Source of the DNA: Nemertoderma westbladi
Lineage: Eukaryota; Animalia; Xenacoelomorpha
DNA: 59,989 bases
Reading direction: 5' to 3'
NCBI GenBank assembly: GCA_032718475.1
Contig: JAUCBJ010000755.1
Location: 1-59,989, forward strand
Position numbers and translations under genes: made by a program. This document shows, piece by piece, positions 50,201-59,989 of this stretch. Each line of letters opens with the position of its first letter. Position 1 is the first letter of the stretch. The notes under the pieces are model-generated. The model made no database searches, was not told the origin of the DNA, and worked only from the letters and a program-made list of their open reading frames with translations.

Positions 50201-50878
50201 CCCATCTATACTATACTCACCCTATCTATCTATCCTTCCCCTTTTACCCTAACCCCCCATCCCATCTATACTATACTCACCCTCTCCTTCCTTCCCCTGT
50301 TACCCTAACCCCCCATCCCATCTATACTATACTCACCCTCTCTATCTATCCTTCCCCTGTTTCCCTAACCCCCCATCCCATCTATACTATACTCACCCTC
50401 TCTATCTATCCTTCCCCTTTTACCCTAACCCCCCATCCCATCTATACTATACTCACCCTCTCTATCTATCCTTCCCCTGTTACCCTAACCCCCCATCCCA
50501 TCTATACTATACTCACCCTCTCCTTCCTTCCCCTGTTACCCTAACCCCCCATCCCATCTATACTATACTCACCCTCTCTATCTATCCTTCCCCTGTTACC
50601 CTAACCCCCCATCCCATCTATACTATACTCACCCTCTCTATCTATCCTTCCCCTGTTTCCCTAACCCCCCATCCCATCTATACTATACTCACCCTCTCTA
50701 TCTATCCTTCCCCTGTTACCCTAACCCCCCATCCCATCTATACTATACTCACCCTCTCTATCTATCCTTCCCCTGTTACCCTAACCCCCCATCCCATCTA
50801 TACTATACTCACCCTCTCCTTCCTTCCCCTGTTACCCTAACCCCCCATCCCATCTATACTATACTCACTCACCCTCTC
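44264..50878. repeat. 60/56 bp satellite containing CCCTAACCC, extreme C/G strand skew
   Basis: (ctatctatccttcccctgttaccctaaccccccatcccatctatactatactcaccctct)n, about 110 units, one G per unit on the + strand. Confidence 0.98.
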
Positions 50879-51151
50879 ATTCAATTGCTTTCAGCTCCAT
50901 CTCTAGCTGCCGATGTTGTGGGATTCAGCGCTACCAACTACAGGAACAGCGCTTTCGCAAAACAGTTTAGGATGTTATCCCTGGAAGAGGATCAGCAATC
51001 CGACACCAGAGACCAGGAGTATCACTGTAAGGAGACATGTTGTCCTGTTATAAGTAAATTAATTTCTGTATCGTAAAAAACTTATTCAGTTTAGATTAGT
51101 TTTTTGTATATATGTTAACCTGTGGTACCTGTACTTCAGTGAAGAGCTATG

Positions 51152-54100
51152 ACAAAGTTTGTAAGACTGAAAGGACCCCGGTTCGAATCCTTATTGCAGC
51201 ACAAGGTTTGTGAGAGTGAAAGGACCCCGGTTCGAATCCTTGTCGCAGCACAAAGTTTGTGAGACTGAAAGGACCCCGGTTCGAATCCTTGTTGCATCAC
51301 AAAGTTTGTGAGACTGAAAGGACCCCGGTGTTGTATCACAAAGTTTGTGACACTGAAAGGACCCCGGTTCGAATCCTTGTTGCAGCACAAAGTTTGTGAG
51401 ACTGATATCACCCCGGTCCGAATCCTTGTTGCAGCACAAAGTTTGTGAGACTGAAAGGACCCCGGTTCAAATCCTTATTGCAGCACAAAGTTTGTGAGAC
51501 TGAAAGGACCCCGGTTCGAATCCTTGTTGCATCACAAAGTTTGTGAGACGGAAAGGACCCCGGTTCGAATCCTTGTTGCATCACAAAGTTTGTGAGACGG
51601 AAAGGACCCCGGTTCGAATCCTTGTTGCAGCACAAAGTTTGTGACACTGAAAGGACCCCGGTTCGAATCCTTGTTGCATCACAACGTTTGTGAGACTGAA
51701 AGGACCCCGGTTCGAATCCTTGTTGCATCGCAAAGTTTGTGAAACTGAAAGGACCCCGGTTCGAATCCTTGTTGCATCACAAAGTTTGTGAGACTGAAAG
51801 GACCCCGGTTCGAATCCTTGTTGCATCACAAAGTTTGTGAGACTGAAAGGACCCCGGTTCGAATCCTTGTTGCATCACAAAGTTTGTGAGACTGAAAGGA
51901 CCCCGGTTCGAATCCTTGTTGCATCACAAAGTTTGTGAGACTGAAAGGACCCCGGTTCGAATCCTTGTTGCATCGCAAAGTTTGTGAAACTGAAAGGACC
52001 CCGGTTCGAATCCTTGTTGCATCACAAAGTTTGTGAGACTGAAAGGACCCCGGTTCGAATCCTTGTTGCATCACAAAGTTTGTGAGACTGAAAGGACCCC
52101 GGTTCGAATCCTTGTTGCATCACAAAGTTTGTGAGACTGAAAGGACCCCGGTTCGAATCCTTGTTGCAGCACAAAGTTTGTGAGACTGAAAGGACCCCGG
52201 TTCGAATCCTTGTTGCATCACAAAGTTTGTGAGACTGAAAGGACCCCGGTTCGAATCCTTGTTGCATCACAAAGTTTGTGAGACTGAAAGGACCCCGGTG
52301 TTGTATCACAAAGTTTGTGAGCTGAAAGGACCCCGGTTCGAATCCTTGTGGCATCACAAAGTTTGTGAGACTCAAAGGTCCCCGGTTCGAATCCTTGTTG
52401 CAGCACAAAGTTTGTTAGACTGATAGCACCCCGGTCCGAATCCTTGTTGCAGCACAAAGTTTGTGAGACTGAAAGGACCCCGGTTCGAATCCTTGTTGCA
52501 GCACAACGTTTGTGAGACTGAAAGGACCCCGGTTTGAATCCTTATTGCAGCACAAAGTTTGTGAGACTGAAAGAACCCCGGCTCGAATCCTTGTTGCATC
52601 ACAAAGTTTGTGAGATGGAAAGGACCCCGGTTCGAATCCTTGTTGCATCACAAAGTTTGTGAGACGGAAAGGACCCCGGTTCGAATCCTTGTTGCATCAC
52701 AAAGTTTGTGAGACGGAAAGGACCCCGGTTCGAATCCTTGTTGCATCACAAAGTTTGTGAGACGGAAAGGACCCCGGTTCGAATCCTTCTCGCAGCACAA
52801 AGTTTGTGAGACTGAAAGGACCCCGGTTCGAATCCTTGTTGCAGCACAAAGTTTGTGAGACTGAAAGGACCCCGGTTCGAATCCTTGTTGCATCACAAAG
52901 TTTGTGAGACTGAAAGGACCCCGTTTCGAATCCTTGTATCACAAAGTTTGTGAGACGGAAGGGACCCCGGTTCGAATCCATGTCGCAGCACAACGTTTGT
53001 GAGACTGAAAGGACCCCGGTTTGAATCCCTGTTTCATCACAAAGTTTGTGAGACTCAAAGGTCCCCGTTTCGAATCCTTGTTGCATCACAAAGTTTGTGA
53101 GACTCAAAGGTCCCCGGTTCGAATCCTTGTTGCAGCACAAAGTTTGTGAGACTGAAAGGACCCCGGTTCGAATCCTTGTTGCAGCACAAAGTTTGTGACA
53201 CTGAAAGGACCCCGGTTCGAATCCTTGTTGCATCACAAAGTTTGTGAGCTGAAAGGACCCCGGTTCGAATCCATGTCGCAGCATAAAGTTTGTGAGACTG
53301 AAAGGACCCCGGTTCGAATCCTTGTTGCATCACAAAGTTTGTGAGCTGAAAGGACCCCGGTTCGAATCCATGTCGCAGCACAAAGTTTGTGAGACTCAAA
53401 GGTCCCCGGTTCGAATCCTTGTTGTAGCACAAAGTTTGTGAGACTGATAGCACCCCGGTCCGAATCCTTATTGCAGCACAAAGATTGTGAGACTGAAAGG
53501 ACCCCGGTTCGAATCCTTGTTGCATCACAAAGTTTGTGAGACTGAAAGGACCCCGTTCGAATCCTTGTTGCATCACAAAGTTTGTGAGACTGAAAGGACC
53601 ACGTTCGAATCCTTGTTGCATCACAAAGTTTGTGAGCTGAAAGGACCCCGGTGTTGTATCACAAAGTTTGTGAGACTGAAGGGACCCCGGTTCGAATCCA
53701 TGTCGCAGCACAACGTTTGTGAGACTGAAAGGACCCCGGTTCGAATCCATGTCGCAGCATAAAGTTTGTGAGTCTGAAAGGACCCCGGTTCGAATCCTTG
53801 TTGCATCACAAAGTTTGTGAGCTGAAAGGACCCCGGTTCGAATCCATGTCGCAGCACAAAGTTTGTGAGACTCAAAGGTCCCCGGTTCGAATCCTTGTTG
53901 TAGCACAAAGTTTGTGAGACTGATAGCACCCCGGTCCGAATCCTTATTGCAGCACAAAGATTGTGAGACTGAAAGGACCCCGGTTCGAATCCTTGTTGCA
54001 TCACAAAGTTTGTGAGACTGAAAGGACCCCGTTCGAATCCTTGTTGCATCACAAAGTTTGTGAGACTGAAAGGACCACGTTCGAATCCTTGTTGCATCAC

Positions 54101-56093
54101 AAAGTTTGTGAGCTGAAAGGACCCCGGTGTTGTATCACAAAGTTTGTGAGACTGAAGGGACCCCGGTTCGAATCCATGTCGCAGCACAACGTTTGTGAGA
54201 CTGAAAGGACCCCGGTTCGAATCCTTGTTGCATCACAAAGTTTGTGAGACTCAAAGGACCCCGGTTCGGATCCTTGTTGCAGCACAAAGTTTGTGAGACT
54301 GAAAGGACCCGGTTCGAATCCCTGTTGCATCACAAAGTTTGTGAGACTGAAAGGACCCCGGTGTTGTATCACAAAGTTTGTGAGACTGAAGGGACCCCGG
54401 TTCGAATCCATGTCGCAGCACAACGTTTGTGAGACTGAAAGGATCCCGGTTCGAATCCTTGTTTCAGCACAAAGTTTGTGAGACTGAAAGTACCCCGGTT
54501 CGAATCTTTGTTGCAGCACAAAGTTTGTGACACTGAAAGGACCCCGGTTCGAATCCTTGTTGCATCACAAAGTTTGTGAGACTGAAATGACCCCGGTTCG
54601 AATCCTTGTTGCATCACAAAGTTTGTGAGACTGAAAGGACCCCGGTTCGAATCCTTGTTGCATCACAAAGTTTGTTAGACTGAAAGGACCCCGGTGTTGC
54701 ATCACAAAGTTTGTGACCTGAAAGGACCCCGGTTCGAATCCATGTCGCAGCACAAAGTTTGTGAGACTGAAAGGACCCCGGTTCGAATCCTTGTTGCATC
54801 ACAAAGTTTGTGAGCTGAAAGGACCCCGGTTTGAATCCATGTCGCAGCACAAAGTTTGTGAGACTCAAAGGTCCCCGGTTCGAATCCTTGTTGTATCACA
54901 AAGTTTGTGAGACTGAAAGGACCCGGTTCGAATCCTTGTTGCATCACAAAGTTTGTGAGACAGAAAGGACCCCGGTTCGAATCCTTCTCGCAGCACTAAG
55001 TTTGTGAGACTGAAAGGACCACGGTTCGAATCCTCGTTGCAGCACAAAGTTTGTGAGACTGAAAGGACCCCAGTTCGAATCCTTGTTGCAGCACAAAGAT
55101 TGTGAGACTGAAAGGACCTCGGTTCGAATACTTGTTGCAGCACAAAGATTGTGAGACTGAAAGGTCCCCGGTTCGAATCCTTGTTGCATCACAAAGTTTG
55201 TGAGACTCAAAGGTCCCCGGTTCGAATCCCTATTGTTGCACCAAGTTTGTGAGACTGAAAGGACCCCGGTTTGAATCCTTGTTGCAGCACAAAGATTGTG
55301 AGACTGAAAGGACTCCGGTTCGAATCCTTGTTGCAGCACAAAGATTGTGAGACTGAAAGGTCCCTGGTTCGAATCCTTGTTGCATCACAAAGTTTGTGAG
55401 ACTCAAAGGTCCCCGGTTCGAATCCTTATTGTAGCACCAAGTTTGTGAGACTGAAAGGACCCCGGTTCGAATCCTTGTTGCAGCACAAAGATTGTGAGAC
55501 TGAAAGGACCCCGGTTCGAATCCTTGTTGCAGCAAAAAGATTGTGAGACTGAAAGAACCCCGGTTCGAATCCCTATTGTTGCACCAAGTTTGTAAGACTG
55601 AAAGGACCCCGGTTCGAATCCTTGTTGCAGCACAAAGATTGTGAGACTGAAAGGACCCCGGTTCGAATCCTTGTTGCAGCACAAAGATTGTGAGACTGAA
55701 AGGACCCCGGTTCGAATACTTGTTGCAGCACAAAGATTGTGAGACTGAAAGGTCCCCGGTTCGAATCCTTGTTGCATCACAAAGTTTGTGAGACTCAAAG
55801 GTTCCCGATTCGAATCCCTATTGTTGCACCAAGTTTGTGAGACTGAAAGGACCCCGGTTCGAATCCTTGTTGCAGCACAAAGATTGTGAGACTGAAAGGA
55901 CCCCGGTTCGAATCCTTGTTGCAGCACAAAGATTGTGAGAATGAAAGGTCCCCGGTTCGAATCCTTGTTGCAGCACAAAGTTTGTGAGACTGAAAGGACC
56001 CCGGTTCGAATCCTTGTTGCATCACAAAGTTTGTGAGACTCAAAGGTCCCCGGTTCGAATCCTTATTGTAGCACCAAGTTTGTGAGACTGAAA
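51152..56093 (+). repeat. 49 bp tRNA-derived satellite with Pol III B-box
   Basis: (cacaaagtttgtgagactgaaaggaccccGGTTCGAATCCttgttgcat)n, about 100 units. Confidence 0.95.
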
Positions 56094-56463
56094 TGGTTTG
56101 ATTCCTCGTCGAAATTTATCAATAAATAAATATTTTTTAATTAGTTTTCAATGGAAATTGCAAATTTAAAATTGTAAATTTTACTGTAATTTGAAATTCA
56201 AATATTGATATATAAATTCAATTTTTAGTATTATGTTCAATTAATTGTGCAATAATTAAGTATTATTATGGAAGTAACGGAAGCAAATTATAAATCAAAT
56301 CACTTTGTTAGGGCATATCGGTTTATCACACTCTGATCATCACACTTTACAGTGTGATGATCCGAGTAGCTTTGTTACACGAACGAACGTTAGTGAGTGA
56401 GTGGAAATAAAGCCACGAGGATCAGAACACTGTAGAGTACTTTGCAACAAGTATGTATGTAGT

Positions 56464-57064
56464 TTTATTCCAAAATTGTAACATTACGAAAGGATTGTAC
56501 ATATTACATTATAAGTGATAGAAACTGAACAAATTATATTAGTTGCTGTATAAATAAATGTAAAAATGACATAAATTATGTTATAAATAAGTTAGCTTAT
56601 ATTTATGGTGGCGTTAATTATGTTATAAATAAGTTAGCTTATATTTATGGTGGCGTTAATTATGTTATAAATAAGTTAGCTTATATTTATGGTGGCGTTA
56701 ATTATGTTATAAATAAGTTAGCTTATATTTATTGTGGCGTTTGGAGCCATGTTAATAGTTTATAGCTACTGGATACTAATAGCTATACCCCGCCTACCGG
56801 TAAGTAATGCAGTTGGCCTATCTGGCATTCAGGCAAATTTCCACCTATTGTTTACGTGGTATCCAATGACGGCGTTAAGTAATGTACCCGTAGTGGACAT
56901 TACTTAACGCCGTCATGGGTTACCACGTAAACAATAACACCAAATACAATACTAAATGTACAGGCCAATACAATGCTGTAATGTCCTCTAAAGTTGTAAA
57001 GTGCTAAATAACAACTCGCTGTTAATACTAACGGCGTTGAGTAATGTTACAATTTTGGAATAAA
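56464..57064. mobile_element. MITE-like element: 24 bp perfect inverted ends, internal 42 bp tandem repeat and long hairpin
   Basis: tttattccaaaattgtaacattac at 56464-56487, reverse complement at 57041-57064; 4 x 42 bp at 56574-56741; hairpin 56846-56936. Confidence 0.75.
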
Positions 57065-57619
57065 TGTTAATTACCAACGTAAATATACTGATTTAGAATA
57101 TATAATGCGAATTTAACAGAATAAACTTCTAGATCATTGATTGGATAAATATATTATTTATTATCCTCATTTTTGGAAGATTGATTGGTTACATACCGGT
57201 ACATTATTATCCGCAAATGAGGAAAGAAGTTGAACTTATTTTACACCACTAGTGCTCGTTAAATAAAATCCCTCGAGATTATTTAGAAAAATTTTCTATG
57301 TATTTTTTTACCAACATAAAAAAAAGTAACCTTGGTTTACAGTTTACACCAAAAAAAAAGCCGCTGACCTACAGTTTAATACCTTTGTATTAACGTCTAC
57401 TAAAACAACTGACTTGTAATTCCCTGTTTAGCCGCTGTCTCGCCGACCTCCCCCCCGGATGGCTCTCCCCATTCCCGGACGGTTTCCACCAGGGCGGGAT
57501 CCGTGCCTCGCGCACCCCTTCCGGACGCCATCTACCGACCGCAAACAGAATCCGTTACCTCTCCGCTCCGCTGCTCTACATCGGATCCCGGTCACCGTCG
57601 CCAGGGTTACCGGCCGAAA

Positions 57620-57802
57620 GTTAGCCAATCAGAACACGCCATACAATCGGTTAGCCAATCAGAGGTTGCCGTCCCAAAATCAGATGCAAGTTTATCAAAG
57701 CAAAGCCAATCAGAAACTGATGTTCTGAAGTCCATCCAATCAGAGACTAGCGTCCATAATTCAGACCAATCAGAATCCATCTCGAATTCCAGCCAATCAG
57801 CG
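57620..57802 (+). promoter_or_regulatory. Array of CCAAT boxes in a CpG-rich island
   Basis: Six CCAATCAG motifs, mostly about 30 bp apart. Confidence 0.5.
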
Positions 57803-58399
57803 ACGGCCCCCGAGTCTGCGACAGACCGTAGACCCTCCATGATCCTCCGTCTGCACGAACTTAACGAAATGTTTTCGGACGACTCGAAGCCAGCCTATCC
57901 TGGAGTTCCTAAGTCCACCGCTAGTGGCGCTGCTCCCGATAAACCCACCAGAGCGGCCGCTGGAGGCGCTAAGAAGCAGAGCGGCCTCCTTCGTCGTCTA
58001 GACGACCTGAGGTCGGACGCAGACTACGCGGAGGACGTTGCGACGGTGTACGCACGAGCGGCAGAGTCGCGAGCCGCCGATAGGGGGCGTAGGTCGTTCA
58101 GCTTCGCGAGTCCATCGATTCAGCTGATTCCGCAAGAGGGCGACCTGCCCAGGCTGTTTCCAGGGGGACAGAAGTCCAGGTCAGTATGTGTTGTATCAGT
58201 GTAATGGATTTTACGTGTTTAACCTACTACCTATAATCCATTGATAAAGGCCTGTGGCCGAAATATTTGGTAATAACCTTAATTTTTGTATCACCTGACA
58301 AATATCACCATTTCCATTACCCCGATGGACTCGAAACTACCTTCTTAAATTTCATACCGCTGATTATGTACATGTCTCATTGCACATTAACAGTCAGCC

Positions 58400-58590
58400 A
58401 GAGCCGGAGGCGACTAGGCTGGGCGGCGGCGCTACTCCTACCTGCTACCCGAAGGTAGGGGTGGGCGCTACTCCTATCTGCTACCCGAAGGTAGGGGTGG
58501 GCGCTACTCCTATCTGCTACCCGAAGGTAGGGGTGGACGCTACTCCTATCTGCTACCCGAAGGTAGGGGTGGGCGCTACTCATATCTGCT
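58400..58590. repeat. 36 bp minisatellite derived from the SINE tail
   Basis: (tgctacccgaaggtaggggtgggcgctactcctatc)n matches 42930-42965; resumes at 59935. Confidence 0.85.
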
Positions 58591-59934
58591 GCAAAACTAT
58601 ACAATAGAATTCTATTAAATCGCATCAGGGATCCCATTGAGAGACTGCTACGTGGAAATCAGAATGGGTTCCGTAAAGGTCGTGGGACCATGGAGCCCAT
58701 TTTGGCACTTAGAAGGATAATTGAAGAGTTATCAAAAAAGAAAGACAGGCATCTGGCTGTTATCTTTGTTGACTTCTTCAAGGCCTTTGATTCAGTCTCT
58801 CGCTCACGTATGTTCAGCATACTTTCATTATATGGGATTCCTGATGAAATTATTGCAGCAATCAGATCAGTATACGATGGTTCGACAACATTTGTGTCTA
58901 CTGTTGACGGTGACACAGAACCATTTGAAGTGTTATGGGGCGTCCTCCAAGGAGACACACTTGCACCATTCTTGTTCATTATTGTGGTTGACTATGTTCT
59001 ACGCATGTCCTTAGATCATCATAATGATGATGGGGTGATGATAACTCCACCTACTGGCTCCAGAAGTCGAGGAAATCCTGCCAAGTACCTAACTGATCTA
59101 GACTTTGCTGATGACTTAGGAGTACTCTCAGAATCATTAGAGGGAGCCCAGCGGCTCCTCAGCTCATTAGAACATGCTGCTTCTAGTGTTGGTCTTTTTA
59201 TTAACTCCAGAAAGACCAAAATTCTGACAGTTAACTTTGAAAGTCCTCAGCAAGTCTCTGATCGGATGAGCATAAGCTCAAAGGATGGTATACTTGAGCA
59301 TGTGGACGACTTCTGTTACCTGGGATCATGGATCCGGAAGTCAGGTGAGGACCTTCGAATACGTAAGGGAAAGGCATGGGCAGCCTTGAATAGGCTTTCC
59401 AGGATTTGGAAGTCACCTAGAATTAATCGGAAACTTAAGGTCCGATTATTTAGAGCAGCAGTAGTTCCAGTACTCCTCTACGGGAGTCCATGCTGGGCTC
59501 TAACTGCTGAGGACACCAAATCTCTGGATGGCACATTCACAAGAATGCTACGCCGGGTACATTGTGTCAAGTACAATGCACACATCTCCAACCAGACACT
59601 ATATAACATTGGAGGTGTCTCATTGGTTCCCCCAAGCTTGACACTAGAACAAAATCGCCTCCGCTTTGCAGGACATTGCTTTCGCCGTGAGGACCAGCCA
59701 GTGCATAATCTTGTACTTTGGCAGCCTCATGGAGTGAATAAGCATGGTGGACAGCCCATGACTTTCTTGAGACGCATCTTAAAGGACACTGGCCTTAAAG
59801 ATGCGGATGATCTAGCAAATGTCATGGGTGATAGGGAGTTGTGGCGGTGCAATTTTGTTGACAAGCCGGCACAGCATTCTTAAAAATGCAGCTGCAATGC
59901 AGCATGCCGATCCTAGTAGTAGTAGTAGTACTAG
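58588..59934 (+). mobile_element. 5'-truncated RTE-like LINE with open RT C-terminal region (ORF 58690..59883) and (TAG)n tail
   Basis: FVDFFKAFDSV, GVLQGDTLAPFLF, DLDFADD, FCYLGS, LLYGSPCW, RLRFAGHC; tagtagtag tail at about 59914-59934. Confidence 0.93.
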
Positions 59935-59989
59935 TGCTACCCGAAGGTAGGGGTGAGCGCTACTCCTATCTGCTCCCCGAAGGTAGGGG
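59935..59989. repeat. Continuation of the 36 bp SINE-derived minisatellite
   Basis: tgctacccgaaggtaggggtgagcgctactcctatc. Confidence 0.85.

Noticed and set aside
44264-50878. True telomere
   Set aside because: Only one TTAGGG per 60 bp, and complex sequence continues on both sides
50885-51076. 63-aa ORF between two satellites as a host exon
   Set aside because: No recognisable homology or convincing splice-site pair
33198-56043. Many long ORFs (up to 996 aa) in the satellite arrays
   Set aside because: They are translations of stop-free tandem units, open in several frames and on both strands; no evidence of real genes
31486-56093. CRISPR-like arrays
   Set aside because: Units are head-to-tail with no unique spacers, there are no cas genes, and the context is eukaryotic
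51152-56093. tRNA gene cluster
   Set aside because: Only a T-arm/B-box-like part is present; no D-arm, A-box or acceptor stem

Overview
Repeat-dense animal (probably invertebrate) genomic DNA; I cannot identify any ordinary host gene. 1-5.3 kb is an endogenous viral element: the 3' part of a Mononegavirales-like L gene (RdRp, PRNTase, MTase) with one frameshift. It is followed by a gene-end-like signal and about 105 nt of putative trailer, joined tail-to-tail to a BEL/Pao integrase fragment. An intronless ORF with a truncated DEDDy (WRN/EXD2-like) 3'-5' exonuclease domain comes next. 9-31.5 kb is a nest of transposons: a LINE whose ORF1 and ORF2 are in frame and separated by one TAG, RTE-like and CR1/L2-like fragments, a 3.1 kb long-TIR DNA element, and an intact 2714-aa BEL/Pao element with candidate LTR remnants. 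31.5-56 kb is a chain of different tandem repeats (19, 38, 19, 13, 51, 37, 60 and 49 bp), including a TTAGGG-containing G-quadruplex-prone 60-mer and a tRNA-derived 49-mer carrying about 100 Pol III B-boxes. The window ends with MITE-like inverted repeats, a CCAAT-box array and an RTE-like LINE inserted in a SINE-derived minisatellite. Family calls come from motif recognition by eye, with no database search; copy numbers are length/unit estimates.
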